NCBI GenBank assembly: GCA_045863335.1 | Contig: BTVY01000050.1 | Span: 1 to 53,902, forward strand | DNA length: 53,902 bases | Direction: 5' to 3' | From: Candidatus Hydrogenedentota bacterium | GTDB lineage: Bacteria; Hydrogenedentota; Hydrogenedentia; Hydrogenedentales; SLHB01 | Program-made: the position numbers and the translations under genes | In this document: piece by piece, positions 1 to 9,591 of the stretch | Numbering within the stretch: position 1 is the stretch's first letter | Layout: every line of letters begins with the position of its first letter | The notes under the pieces: generated by a model | What the model was told of the DNA's origin: nothing | Seen by the model: the letters and a program-made list of their open reading frames with translations, nothing else | Databases searched by the model: none

Positions 1-54
1 CGCGTTAGCACATGCTCCTCAACTTGTCTTCTGCACAGATTCTTGTGAGGAGCC

Positions 55-94
55 GGATTTGTTTTGGGATTCAGATATTCGGATTTCGGATTTG
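55..94. repeat. Decayed heptamer tandem repeat (GGATTTC-like)
   Basis: Units ggatttg (55-61), ggattca, gatattc, ggatttc, ggatttg (88-94) upstream of the likely vWA start. Confidence 0.45.
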
Positions 95-127
95 GTTCCT
101 TTGCGATTCCCGTGCGAAGATTGGTGC

Positions 128-1351
128 ATGACGGTTTCCTCCCCCAAATACTCGACCGCCCTCTTCGTCGATTTCGTCTATCTTCTTCGCGACTATGGTG
201 TCCCCGTATCGCCGGAAGATTTGCTGCACCTCAATGAAGGGTTGGAGAAAGGCATCGTCCAGACGCTCGACGATCTGTTTGTGTTCAGCCGCCTGACCTT
301 TGTGCGCCGCAAGGAGCACATGGACGCTTTCGAGCGGGCCTTCGCGCTGTACTTCTACGGCATCGACATTCCCGCCGTCGCCGAGGGCGACATGGATCTG
401 TTTCGCACCAAAGCGTTCAAGGACTGGCTCGCGCAGCAGATCAAGGAGGGCAAGCTACCCGAGCGCGCGATCTACTCCATGACGCCGGAAGAACTGATGG
501 ACAAGTTCTGGGAAACGGTGCGCGAACAGATGGAGGCGCACGCGGGCGGCAGCAAATGGGTTGGGCAGAAAGGCAATTCTCCCTTTGGCCATTCCGGCAA
601 CGCCGAACGCGGCATTCGCGTGGAAGGCCGCTCCATGAACCGGTCTGCGCTCAGCGTTATCGCAAACCGCCGGTACGTCGCCTACGCGGACTCGAACACG
701 CTCAAGGCCGCCAATCTCAGCCAAGCCCTCGAGTCGATGAAGCACATGAAAGACGTGGGCGCCCACACCGTGTTGAACCTCGATGAGACGATCCGAAGCA
801 CGGCCCGGAATGGGGGAGAGATAGACCTTGTCTTCGATCGGGAATGGCACGACCGCATCAGTGTCGTGCTGCTCATCGACAATGGCGGATACTCGATGGA
901 TCCCTTCGTCGATATAACCCGCTTGCTGTTCAGCAAACTTCACGAACGGTTCGAGGACCTTCAGACCTATTACTTCCACAACACCATCTACGAGAATGTT
1001 TGGACCGATTTCCGGCGCAGGAAGCGGTTCTCCACGGAGCAATTGCTGCAACGGAATCCAGACACCCGATTTGTCATCTTCGGCGACGCGACCATGGCGC
1101 CGGAAGAGCTGGAATACCCCTTCGGATCCCTCTACCGCTACGAAAGCGATGTGCGCCCCAGCACCTACTGGCTCCGGCGAATCGCAGGACGTTTCCGTCA
1201 TAGCGTCTGGCTCAATCCCATCCCTCGCCACGCCTGGGAAACCACGTACGGCGCATGGACCCTCAACCGGATCCGCGAGATCTTCCACATGGAAGACATG
1301 ACCCTCGGCGGCATCAAAGGCATGGTCGAATTCCTCAGCGAAACGCGCTGA
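128..1351 (+). CDS. vWA-domain protein, CoxE-like / COG3825 family (usual MoxR partner)
   Basis: Motifs GGSKWVGQKGNSPFGHSG, LNLDETIRST, LIDNGGYSMDP (MIDAS-like), YYFHN, GDATMAPEE, WLNP. ATG at 128 preferred over TTG at 59. Confidence 0.8.
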   Translation: MTVSSPKYSTALFVDFVYLLRDYGVPVSPEDLLHLNEGLEKGIVQTLDDLFVFSRLTFVRRKEHMDAFERAFALYFYGIDIPAVAEGDMDLFRTKAFKDWLAQQIKEGKLPERAIYSMTPEELMDKFWETVREQMEAHAGGSKWVGQKGNSPFGHSGNAERGIRVEGRSMNRSALSVIANRRYVAYADSNTLKAANLSQALESMKHMKDVGAHTVLNLDETIRSTARNGGEIDLVFDREWHDRISVVLLIDNGGYSMDPFVDITRLLFSKLHERFEDLQTYYFHNTIYENVWTDFRRRKRFSTEQLLQRNPDTRFVIFGDATMAPEELEYPFGSLYRYESDVRPSTYWLRRIAGRFRHSVWLNPIPRHAWETTYGAWTLNRIREIFHMEDMTLGGIKGMVEFLSETR

Positions 1352-1399
1352 GGTTGAACTTATGTCCTTATAGTTCATTCAGCCCATTTGGTACACCAC

Positions 1400-1428
1400 T
1401 TGACCGAGAGCGCCAAATGGCATAAACT
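1400..1428 (+). promoter_or_regulatory. Sigma70 promoter of TA operon with probable operator
   Basis: TTGACC(1400-1405)-N17-TAAACT(1423-1428). Palindrome GCCAAATGGC in the spacer, with inverted copy CCATTTGG at 1384-1391. Confidence 0.65.
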
Positions 1429-1438
1429 GATCCGCAAT

Positions 1439-1891
1439 ATGGCGAAGTCGTTCACAAAAATGAAATCGGCCGCTCGGGAAGAGATCGCCGTCTATGGTGC
1501 CTCCGTCGGGTTGCGCACCGCCAACCGTGCCACCGTCATCAAACGGCTCAAAGAAGGTCTGCCCGCGGCCGCTTTCGATAAGCTGCAAGACGCCATGGAT
1601 GTCCCGGGCGCCGAACTCGCGCGCGTCGTGAACATCGCGCCGCGCACCCTTGCCCGGCGCAAGAAGACCGGACGCCTACAGTCCGATGAGTCGGAGCGCC
1701 TGCTCCGAATCGGCGTGCTTTTTGACCGGGCGAAGGAAGTGCTCGGCGGTGCAGAACCGGCGCGCAACTGGCTGAAGTCTCCGAAGCGCGCGCTGGCCGG
1801 CCGCTCTCCACTGGACTACGCGGATACGGAACCCGGCGCGCGGGAGGTGGAAGAATTGCTCGGCCGGATCGAGTATGGGGTCTTCGGTTGA
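1439..1891 (+). CDS. Xre/MbcA/ParS antitoxin (DUF2384)
   Basis: HTH region RTLARRK..GRL..ESERL and C-terminal WLKSPKRALAGRSPLD..GAREVEELLGRIEYG. Start moved downstream of the promoter. Confidence 0.9.
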   Translation: MAKSFTKMKSAAREEIAVYGASVGLRTANRATVIKRLKEGLPAAAFDKLQDAMDVPGAELARVVNIAPRTLARRKKTGRLQSDESERLLRIGVLFDRAKEVLGGAEPARNWLKSPKRALAGRSPLDYADTEPGAREVEELLGRIEYGVFG

Positions 1892-2349
1892 CCATCCATG
1901 CGTGGCGCCTGGTCAAAGCGCACCGCGCGAACGACGCATTCAGCGGAGAAGGTGCCAGCCGGTACCCGGGCCGCTGGAATCGCCGCGGCGTTCCGGTCGT
2001 CTACACCGCAGGCAGCCTTTCGCTCGCAGCCTTAGAGGTCCTCGCCAATCTGGACGATGCCTCACTCATCACGGACTACGTATCCATTCCGGTGTCCTTT
2101 GATGAGCGCCTTTGTCAGAACCTGGACACTCGAAGACTTCCCAACGACTGGAGATCCAATCCGGCCCCGACCGCGACCCGAGATGTTGGTAGTGAATGGG
2201 CCCTGTCCGGTGCGTCGTGTATCTTGCGGGTTCCCAGTGCGATAATCCCGTCCGAATTCAACTACCTCATCAACCCCGGCCACCGCGATTTCACCCGCAT
2301 CAAGGTCGGTGCGACCACCGATTTTACCTGGGACAATCGGCTTATCTGA
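1888..2349 (+). CDS. RES-domain toxin (NAD+ phosphorylase family)
   Basis: WRL..FSGEGA..GRWN..VVY..SLAALE..VPSA..EFNYLINP. 4-bp overlap with the antitoxin. Confidence 0.92.
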   Translation: MTIHAWRLVKAHRANDAFSGEGASRYPGRWNRRGVPVVYTAGSLSLAALEVLANLDDASLITDYVSIPVSFDERLCQNLDTRRLPNDWRSNPAPTATRDVGSEWALSGASCILRVPSAIIPSEFNYLINPGHRDFTRIKVGATTDFTWDNRLI

Positions 2350-2396
2350 CAGCGGATAAAAGGTTTAGGGGGAGAGTTTATGTTTTCATTCTAAAC

Positions 2397-2444
2397 TTGA
2401 CTCGCAGTCATTAATGGGGTATATTCAATTGTGAACGTTGTTCA
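2397..2444 (+). promoter_or_regulatory. Sigma70 promoter with probable TetR operator(s)
   Basis: TTGACT(2397-2402)-N17-TATATT(2420-2425). Palindrome TGACT-cgc-AGTCA (2398-2410) overlaps the -35; a second palindrome TGAAC-gtt-GTTCA lies at 2432-2444. Confidence 0.7.
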
Positions 2445-2457
2445 TTGAGGAGTTGCC

Positions 2458-3099
2458 ATGGTACCGGTTAGTGCTCAGCCTGCCTCCAAACCTGTCGGCC
2501 GGCGCGACCGCCGGAAAGCCGAGGTCCGCGCCCGTATCATCGACGCCTCGCTTGAGCTTTTCAGCAAGCAGGACTACGTCGACACTACGGTTGAACAGAT
2601 TACGGAGGCGGCGGATGTTGGCAAAGGCACTTTCTTCAACTATTTCGACTGCAAAGAGCAGGTGTTGAGCGGACTCAGCGTGCGCCAGCTCGCTCGGATC
2701 GAAGACGCCGTGGACCAGGCGATCCGGGATGAGCGGCCGGCGAAAGAGACTCTCCGCAGGCTCCTTCACCTTACCGCGGACACGCCGGGAAAGAGCCGCA
2801 CGCTGATGCGCAACTTACTCGTAGGGAACTTTTCCAGCGAGCAATCCAGCGATTATCTTCGCGAGTACGTGGAGCAGGCGCTGGGCGCTGTCCAGGAACT
2901 ACTCCGCTGGGCGCGCGAGCGCGGGGAAGTCGTTTCAACGGAAAGCGTCGAGTCGCAGGCTCGCCGGTTCATTCAGGTGTACATGGGCGTCACGATGATG
3001 TGGGTCATTCAGCCCGGCATTTCGCTTCACGAGTGGCTGGACGTCTGTATCACGCACTATTGGCAGAGTATCGCCGCGGACGGCGGCAAGCAAATGTAA
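2458..3099 (+). CDS. TetR/AcrR family transcriptional regulator
   Basis: N-terminal HTH TTVEQITEAADVGKGTFFNYFDCKE; RBS GAGGAG. Confidence 0.93.
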   Translation: MVPVSAQPASKPVGRRDRRKAEVRARIIDASLELFSKQDYVDTTVEQITEAADVGKGTFFNYFDCKEQVLSGLSVRQLARIEDAVDQAIRDERPAKETLRRLLHLTADTPGKSRTLMRNLLVGNFSSEQSSDYLREYVEQALGAVQELLRWARERGEVVSTESVESQARRFIQVYMGVTMMWVIQPGISLHEWLDVCITHYWQSIAADGGKQM

Positions 3100-3161
3100 C
3101 CGTCCATACCGGATTCGGGTCGGGGGGCCGGAATCCACAACGTCTCGGGGGAACGTGTGCA

Positions 3162-4379
3162 ATGGAAAGTCGCCTTGTCGGACGGACACTCCGATTGACC
3201 GCAGTCCTTGGCGCTGTCGCTGCGGCAACAGCCACCGTGTGGACGCTCTCGGTTAACGCGAGAGCCGGGGGGGACGGCGCAGATTCCCACGCGATGTCAT
3301 CGTCGCGACAGGTGACCGTTCACTCGACGCCGATGCGTGTCCACGTGTTCGAGGAGTGCGTGCAGGTGCAGGGCACGCTCAAGGCAGAACGCTATGCGGA
3401 CGTTGCCGCGCGCGTTGGCGGACCCCTGGAATCCATCCTCGTGAGCGAAGGGAACGCCGTGGTTGCGGGCGAGACCATTCTCTTTCAAATCGACTCCGCG
3501 AATCTCGAGCGCACGTTGCAGATTGTCCGCCAAGATCTGGACGTTGCCAAGTGCGCGCTTCGCGAGTCCCAGGCCAATCGCGAGCGTCTACAAGTGATTC
3601 TGGACAAGGCAAAGCTTGACTTCGAACGCAGTAAACGGCTGTACGAACAATCGGTAGGTTCGTTGTCGCGTGTCGAGCAGCTCGAGTCCGAGTACAAGCA
3701 GGCGGACGCATCGATCCGGCATGCGGACAGCCAGGTCGATCTGGCATCGGAAAAAGTGGAACAAGCGCAGACCGCCGTCGAGATCGCCGCAAAAAACCTG
3801 CGCGATTCCCGTGCGGTGGCGCCCATCAATGGGCGGGTCAGCGCCCAGTATCTGGAGGCGGGGGAGAACGCTTCGGTTGGCGAACCGGTGATTCGTATCG
3901 AAGACCCCTCCACGCTGGAAGTCAGTGCGTACCTTCCCGCCCAGTACTACCCCGGAGTCGTTGCCGGGCAAACGCAGGTCGACCTCGATGTATACGGCAT
4001 CCGAATTCCCGGCCAGACCGTCTCGTACAAAAGCCCGACAATCGACCCTGCCTTGCGCACGTTCGAAATAAAATGCGTCCTGTCCGACCCGCCGGATTGC
4101 GTCGTACCGGGCGCTATGGCGGACGCGCGGATCATCCTGCAGCGGCATGAAGGGCTTGGGGTTCCGGTCGATGCGGTTCAGGAGCGCGACGGACGGCCGG
4201 TGATCTTTATCGTGGATTCCGATGTCGCCCGCATGACTCCTGTGGAGATTGGCCTGCAATCGGACGGACTCATCGAATGCCACGGCGAAGGCCTCGCGGA
4301 GGGATTGTCCGTAGTCACCCTCGGCCAGTACTTGCTGAACGACGGAGATTCGATACGCGTGGAACATGAGGCCGGCTGA
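3162..4379 (+). CDS. RND efflux periplasmic adaptor (MFP) subunit
   Basis: N-terminal membrane anchor, lipoyl halves (GPLESILVSEGN / APINGRV), long alpha-hairpin, SPTIDPALRTF, PGAMA. ATG at 3162 preferred. Confidence 0.9.
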   Translation: MESRLVGRTLRLTAVLGAVAAATATVWTLSVNARAGGDGADSHAMSSSRQVTVHSTPMRVHVFEECVQVQGTLKAERYADVAARVGGPLESILVSEGNAVVAGETILFQIDSANLERTLQIVRQDLDVAKCALRESQANRERLQVILDKAKLDFERSKRLYEQSVGSLSRVEQLESEYKQADASIRHADSQVDLASEKVEQAQTAVEIAAKNLRDSRAVAPINGRVSAQYLEAGENASVGEPVIRIEDPSTLEVSAYLPAQYYPGVVAGQTQVDLDVYGIRIPGQTVSYKSPTIDPALRTFEIKCVLSDPPDCVVPGAMADARIILQRHEGLGVPVDAVQERDGRPVIFIVDSDVARMTPVEIGLQSDGLIECHGEGLAEGLSVVTLGQYLLNDGDSIRVEHEAG

Positions 4380-7300
4380 TGTTTCTATCCAACGCCTCCA
4401 TACGCCGTCCCGTCGCGATGGGTTCGCTCATCATCGCGCTCGCCCTGCTCGGGCTGAACGCCTACCGCAAGATGGGGCTCGAGTTCATGCCGAAGGTGGA
4501 CGTCCCCTATATCACGATCGTTACGCCCTATCCCGGCGCCAGTCCCACCGAGATTGAGACGGATATCGCCAAGCGCATCGAGGATGCGGTCGTGAGCATC
4601 GACGGGCTCAAACACGTGTCTTCATCCTGCATGGAGAACGTGTGTCAGAACCTGCTCGAATTCGAGATCGAAATTGACGTCGATGTGGCGGCTAACGACG
4701 TGCGCGAACAGTTGGACCTTATCGTCAACGACCTTCCCGAGAGTGCGGAACAACCCCAGGTCCTGAAGTTCGACATCAACGCGAAACCGATTGTCACGTT
4801 GGCGCTGAAAGGAAGTCTGTCCACGGAGGAACTCTACGACTACGCAGACAACACCTTGCGAGACCGCCTCTCCGTGATTCAGGGAGTGGCCGATGTGCAG
4901 GTGTTGGGCGGGGCCGAGCGGGAAGTGCAGGTTCGTCTCGATCGCAGCAAGCTTGCGGAGCGTAGCCTTACCAGCATGGACGTCGTCCACGCGATTCAGG
5001 AGAATGTGAGGACCATCCCCTCGGGCCGGGTTCGCGAGATGGGCCGGGAATACACGGTCAAGTTCGATGCCGAATTCGACCGTGTCGCCGATCTTGCCAT
5101 GCTTGAAGTCACTAACCGTGACGGCGCCCGCGTTTACCTTGGCGATGTGGCCTATGTGGCGATGACGAGTGCGGAACTTCGGCAGACGGCCTTCATCGAC
5201 GGCGAGCCGTGTATTGGATTGCGCGTCGTGAAGAAGGCGGACGCAAACGCGGTCCGCGTGGTGGAACGCGTACGCGAAGCTGCCCAAGATCTGGAGGATA
5301 CTCTACCCGGCGGCGCGGAACTCGTCTGGGTGAGCGACGACGGTGGCTTTGTTGAATCCAGCGTCGATAGCGCGACCAGCAACATTGCGCAGGGCGTCTT
5401 GCTTACGGCCCTCATACTGTTCCTGTTCCTTTACAACTTCCGGACCACTCTCATTGTGGCTGTGACGATGCCCTTAACCATCGTGATCAGCCTTTTTTTC
5501 CTCCAGTTCCTCGGGTACACGCTTAACACATCAACGCTACTGGCCCTGGGGCTGTCGGTCGGTATTCTCGTGACCAATTCCATCGTCGTACTCGAGAGCA
5601 TCGCGAAACGATTTGCGGCGGGATTGGACGCTCACGAGGCAGCCCGCCGGGGATCGCGCGACGTCATCGTGGCCGTGCTCGCCAGCGCCGGAACGAACAT
5701 CGTCGTGCTCTTCCCAATCATTATCATGGGCAGTATGGTCGGCCGCTTCTTCCGCCCCTTCGCGACCACCATGGTGGTTGTGACCGTCGTATCCCTCTTC
5801 ATCTCCTTCACTCTTACGCCGCTCCTCTGCGCGCTGCTGCTGCGGAGGACTGCAGAACGCACGCGACTTGCTCGCCTCGAACAATGGTGGAACCGCGGTC
5901 TTGACGCCGTGGCCGCGCGCTACGCGGAAACGCTCCGGTTCTTTGAACGGCGTCGCGCCGCAGCAGTGGGCGTCTTGGCGCTGGTGGCTGTGGGCTTCGT
6001 CGCCGCGCTGGTTGCCGGTTCGACTCTCGGTTCCTCCATGATGGCGGAACCGGACCAGGGCCAAGTCTTCGTCAAGCTCGAGTACCCCACGTACTACGAT
6101 TTGACCCGGACTACGCAACGCGTCCAGGAGGTGGAACGGCAGCTTCAGGACTTGCCCAGTCTGCTTCACGTCTACACCACCATCGGGAAGGTCGAAGGCA
6201 TGATCGGCCAGACTTCCGAAGGCGTGCATCTCGCCCAAGTCTTGTTGCGGTTTGTCGACAAGACGGATCGCAGGGAAACCATGCAAAGCCTGTTGAGCGA
6301 GATTAGAGGGCGGCTTGCGACCGTCCCCGATTGCGTCGTCACCGTAAACGTTCCCAGCATTGTTGGCGGTCAGGCAAGTCCAATTCAGCTGCAAATTGCG
6401 GGCGACGATCTGCCCACGCTGGAGCGTTTGGCTTTGGAAACCCACGCACGGGTCCAAACCCTCTCGGGCATTGAGAACCCCGATACCACGGTACGACAGG
6501 GTAAACCAGAATTGCGGGTCGTTCCTCGCCGCGCCGTGTTGTCGGACTTAGACATTCCGGCCACCGCGCTTGGCTATGCGCTTCGCGGAAACCTCGAAGG
6601 CATCAAATCGGGCATCTACAAGCAAGGCGACCGTTCCTACGACATCCGCGTGAAACTCGACGAACAGCCTGGCAAGGACCAAGTCGAATCGTTTCAGTTT
6701 CCCGCCGCGCCCGGCAATGCCGTCATGCTGACGAACTACGCCCGCGTCGAGGAACGAACGGCGCCCATCCAGATCACACGGGACGACAAGCGCCGCGTCG
6801 CGAAACTCTTTGCAGAACTGCAAGAAACCAAGCCCTTGGGCGCCGCTGTCGCAGAGATCAACCGGATTCTTGATTCCGGTATGAATCTGCCGTCCGGGTA
6901 CTCGTATGACTATCGCGGCGACTACGAAATCATGAGTGAAGCGCAAGAGGCCTTCATCGAGGCGGGAGTTATTGCGGTCGTACTGACCTTTCTCGTGCTG
7001 GCCGCGATTCTCGAATCGTTCCGCCAGCCTCTGGTCATTCTGCTCACCTTGCCGCTTGGTCTCATCGGGGTCGTATTGGCTCTCTACCTCACCGGTGAGA
7101 GCATTTCCATGTTTGTTTTGCTGGGTTCAGTCATGCTCGTCGGGATCGTCGTAAACAACGCCATCCTCGTGATGGACCGCGTCAATCAACACGTCGCCCA
7201 GGACGCCGACCGCCATGAGGCCATGATCCTCGCCTCCATGGAAGTGTTCAGGCCCATCGTCATGATTACCCTGGCTGCTGCGCTTGGCATGTTGCCCCTG

Positions 7301-7459
7301 GCCCTCGGTCAAGGCATTGGCAGCGAGCTGCGCGCTGGCATCGGCATCACCTCCGTCGGTGGAATCGTCGTGTCGGCCCTGCTCACTCTCATCGTGCTGC
7401 CCATCGCCTACTCTCTCTTCACCCGCCGAGGCCACCCTACTCAGGTCCCCACCACCTGA
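4379..7459 (+). CDS. RND permease, AcrB/AcrD/AcrF family (proton-relay residues atypical)
   Basis: 1026 aa; IRRPV, YPGASPTEIE, two periplasmic loops, 12 TM pattern, ESFRQPLVI, GMLPLALG. Confidence 0.95.
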   Translation: MFLSNASIRRPVAMGSLIIALALLGLNAYRKMGLEFMPKVDVPYITIVTPYPGASPTEIETDIAKRIEDAVVSIDGLKHVSSSCMENVCQNLLEFEIEIDVDVAANDVREQLDLIVNDLPESAEQPQVLKFDINAKPIVTLALKGSLSTEELYDYADNTLRDRLSVIQGVADVQVLGGAEREVQVRLDRSKLAERSLTSMDVVHAIQENVRTIPSGRVREMGREYTVKFDAEFDRVADLAMLEVTNRDGARVYLGDVAYVAMTSAELRQTAFIDGEPCIGLRVVKKADANAVRVVERVREAAQDLEDTLPGGAELVWVSDDGGFVESSVDSATSNIAQGVLLTALILFLFLYNFRTTLIVAVTMPLTIVISLFFLQFLGYTLNTSTLLALGLSVGILVTNSIVVLESIAKRFAAGLDAHEAARRGSRDVIVAVLASAGTNIVVLFPIIIMGSMVGRFFRPFATTMVVVTVVSLFISFTLTPLLCALLLRRTAERTRLARLEQWWNRGLDAVAARYAETLRFFERRRAAAVGVLALVAVGFVAALVAGSTLGSSMMAEPDQGQVFVKLEYPTYYDLTRTTQRVQEVERQLQDLPSLLHVYTTIGKVEGMIGQTSEGVHLAQVLLRFVDKTDRRETMQSLLSEIRGRLATVPDCVVTVNVPSIVGGQASPIQLQIAGDDLPTLERLALETHARVQTLSGIENPDTTVRQGKPELRVVPRRAVLSDLDIPATALGYALRGNLEGIKSGIYKQGDRSYDIRVKLDEQPGKDQVESFQFPAAPGNAVMLTNYARVEERTAPIQITRDDKRRVAKLFAELQETKPLGAAVAEINRILDSGMNLPSGYSYDYRGDYEIMSEAQEAFIEAGVIAVVLTFLVLAAILESFRQPLVILLTLPLGLIGVVLALYLTGESISMFVLLGSVMLVGIVVNNAILVMDRVNQHVAQDADRHEAMILASMEVFRPIVMITLAAALGMLPLALGQGIGSELRAGIGITSVGGIVVSALLTLIVLPIAYSLFTRRGHPTQVPTT

Positions 7460-7536
7460 ATCGGGGTAGTTGCCGGGCGTGGTCCCAACGCGGCATGATG
7501 TGCGGGACCCATTACGGGATCCGGGGTTCGTACATC

Positions 7537-9510
7537 ATGCCGCTTCTTATCTTGATATCCGCGTTCTGCGCTATGCCCAATGAGGTAGTGGATTTGGCCT
7601 CAGGCGAGTATCGCGAATCCTGGCTGCGCCACCCTGTGCTTGGGGACGCGTCATTCGATACGTTCGAGCATGCCCCGGGCAATCCCGTTCACCGTGGCGC
7701 GCCGCCTTACGAGTGGCCGGTGAACGGATTCCTGTTCGAGGATCCCGTCAGCTCCAACTGGTATCTCTACGTGGGCGAATACTGCGACCGCTATGCCCTC
7801 AATCCCGATGTGCCCGCACGCTGTGTTGCGCTGCGTTCCACGGACAAGGGCGCGACATGGACCTTGCTGGGTCCCGTGCTCGATTACGAAGGCCACCTTT
7901 TCACGGGCGAGACCTCGCCGTTGTTCCACGCGCCCGACGTCTCCGTGCTTTACGCGGACGGCCGCTACCACATGTGCTTCGACTGGACCACCCAAAGCAC
8001 GACGTGGGAAAACGCCGCTGATCCGGGCCTTGATGCGAACAGCGGTGTCGGCTACGCCTGGTCGGACCGGCCCGAGGGGCCATTCCATCCGACGGACGCG
8101 CCCCTCGCCACGACACGTGAACAGGTCCCGTTGCTCGGTAAATACCGTCGCCTCTATGCCTCGACCCTGATTCGACGCGCGAACGACTGGCTCGTCTTGA
8201 CCCTAACCGATTCCGGACCCAACTTCGGCTGGGCCTTGGCAGGGATGACCGCTGCAAATCCGGAAGGGCCTTACACGGAACCCCGTTTGCTGCTGCATCC
8301 GGAATGCGAAACCTACCACCCGCCGCTCTTGGAGTTCTTTCCTGCCTTTGTACACGAAGGCTACGTCTACTCCCCGGCGACCTCGGTTGCCTTGAACCGA
8401 AACTACCAGGCGCTCTTTCGTGCGCCCATCGAAGAAGCTACCGAGCCGAAGGCGTGGGAACTCATTTCCAGCGGGTCTCTTTGGCACGCGGAGCCGCTCG
8501 AGCACGAGACCTTCGGGATCTGGGGCCAGACTTTTTCGGGCTTCGTGGATTCGGGCAACACGCTCCACGTCATGTTTCCCTCACGGGACTCGCAGGGGAG
8601 GGGCACCATCAACCTGGCCCACCGCGCGTGGGACCAGCCGCTCCGCGACCAGGGATTCGTAACAAGCGGGAATGCAGGTCCGAGTTTGGTGGTGGCGGAC
8701 TGGTGCGGCGCGCTTGGGGAAATCGACGTGGAAGGCAAATTCACCGGCACCGTGTCTTTGGTTTGGGATTACACGGCGCCTTTGGGTGCGGACAGCCCAC
8801 GTTCCAACGCCACGCTGCATCCCCTCGTGCGGACGCGGTACGCGGCGTTGCGGTGCACGCCGGAAAATTGGTTCCTGGAGTCATTCGACGCCGACGGGGA
8901 ACGTACCGAGTATGGGTCAGGCGCATTGACGACGTCTCCGGAGCGACTGAGACTTTCGTGGCGTGGTGCTGACGGGGCGAGATTGGAGATCGGTGGCGAA
9001 GCCGTCTGGAATGGCGCGCTCCCGCGAGGACCCGGGCTGGTGGGTATCCTCCCGGAGACGAATAGTCACGCCTTAATAGAGCACTTTCGAGTATCGGGGG
9101 AGCGGCAGCCCTCCGTTGTCTCGTACCTCTACACGGATGCACTACTTGGCGCGGCGCAGAATCTCGCCGACTGGAAGGAGGTTGCATCGAGAGAGTTTCG
9201 ATTCGGTATCGGTGCCGTGAGCGATGAGAACAGCGTTGTGGCCAAGTGGAACGTGGAAGGAAACGTCATTCGCCTCTGGGCTCCGAAAGGGCCAGCGTAT
9301 GGGACGCTGGTAGTTCTGTTGGATGGGAAACCGGCAGGGGAAGTGTCGTGCCACGCCGAAGAGTCCACCGCGTCCGCACCGCTCCTTACCCTATCCCGTC
9401 TTGAGCCGGGTCCCCACGCGCTGGTTGTTCGGTCAAGCGGAGGACCGATTCCCCTGGACTCGATCGAAGTGTTCCGGGAATTGCGCACGTCAGCTTCCCG
9501 GTCATACTGA
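7537..9510 (+). CDS. Secreted protein with glycoside-hydrolase-like five-bladed beta-propeller and C-terminal beta-sandwich
   Basis: Signal-like N-terminus; Asp-box RSTDKGATW; HAPDV..DGRYHM; repeated S/A..PEGPF/Y blade motifs (GH43/32-like); C-terminal GPAYG..LDGK..GPHAL carbohydrate-binding-like domain. Confidence 0.55.
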   Translation: MPLLILISAFCAMPNEVVDLASGEYRESWLRHPVLGDASFDTFEHAPGNPVHRGAPPYEWPVNGFLFEDPVSSNWYLYVGEYCDRYALNPDVPARCVALRSTDKGATWTLLGPVLDYEGHLFTGETSPLFHAPDVSVLYADGRYHMCFDWTTQSTTWENAADPGLDANSGVGYAWSDRPEGPFHPTDAPLATTREQVPLLGKYRRLYASTLIRRANDWLVLTLTDSGPNFGWALAGMTAANPEGPYTEPRLLLHPECETYHPPLLEFFPAFVHEGYVYSPATSVALNRNYQALFRAPIEEATEPKAWELISSGSLWHAEPLEHETFGIWGQTFSGFVDSGNTLHVMFPSRDSQGRGTINLAHRAWDQPLRDQGFVTSGNAGPSLVVADWCGALGEIDVEGKFTGTVSLVWDYTAPLGADSPRSNATLHPLVRTRYAALRCTPENWFLESFDADGERTEYGSGALTTSPERLRLSWRGADGARLEIGGEAVWNGALPRGPGLVGILPETNSHALIEHFRVSGERQPSVVSYLYTDALLGAAQNLADWKEVASREFRFGIGAVSDENSVVAKWNVEGNVIRLWAPKGPAYGTLVVLLDGKPAGEVSCHAEESTASAPLLTLSRLEPGPHALVVRSSGGPIPLDSIEVFRELRTSASRSY

Positions 9511-9591
9511 CGGAAATCCGCCAATCGGTCACTCCAGCGTTTCGTCGTTTCGAACTTCGCCTCGTAATTCCGGCACCAAAGTCCAAGGCTC

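Noticed and set aside
59-127. Longest-ORF N-terminal extensions (also 1388, 3000, 11296, 15717, 16423, 36566, 37917, 41007, 41582, 44685)
   Set aside because: They overlap neighbouring genes, promoters or repeats; downstream starts fit the RBS and family N-termini better
1389-1404. Sigma54-like TGGTAC box upstream of the antitoxin
   Set aside because: The -12 position reads TTGAC, not TTGC; it is better explained as the sigma70 -35
1352-2400. Mobile element or prophage around the TA pair
   Set aside because: No integrase, transposase, terminal repeats or target duplication visible
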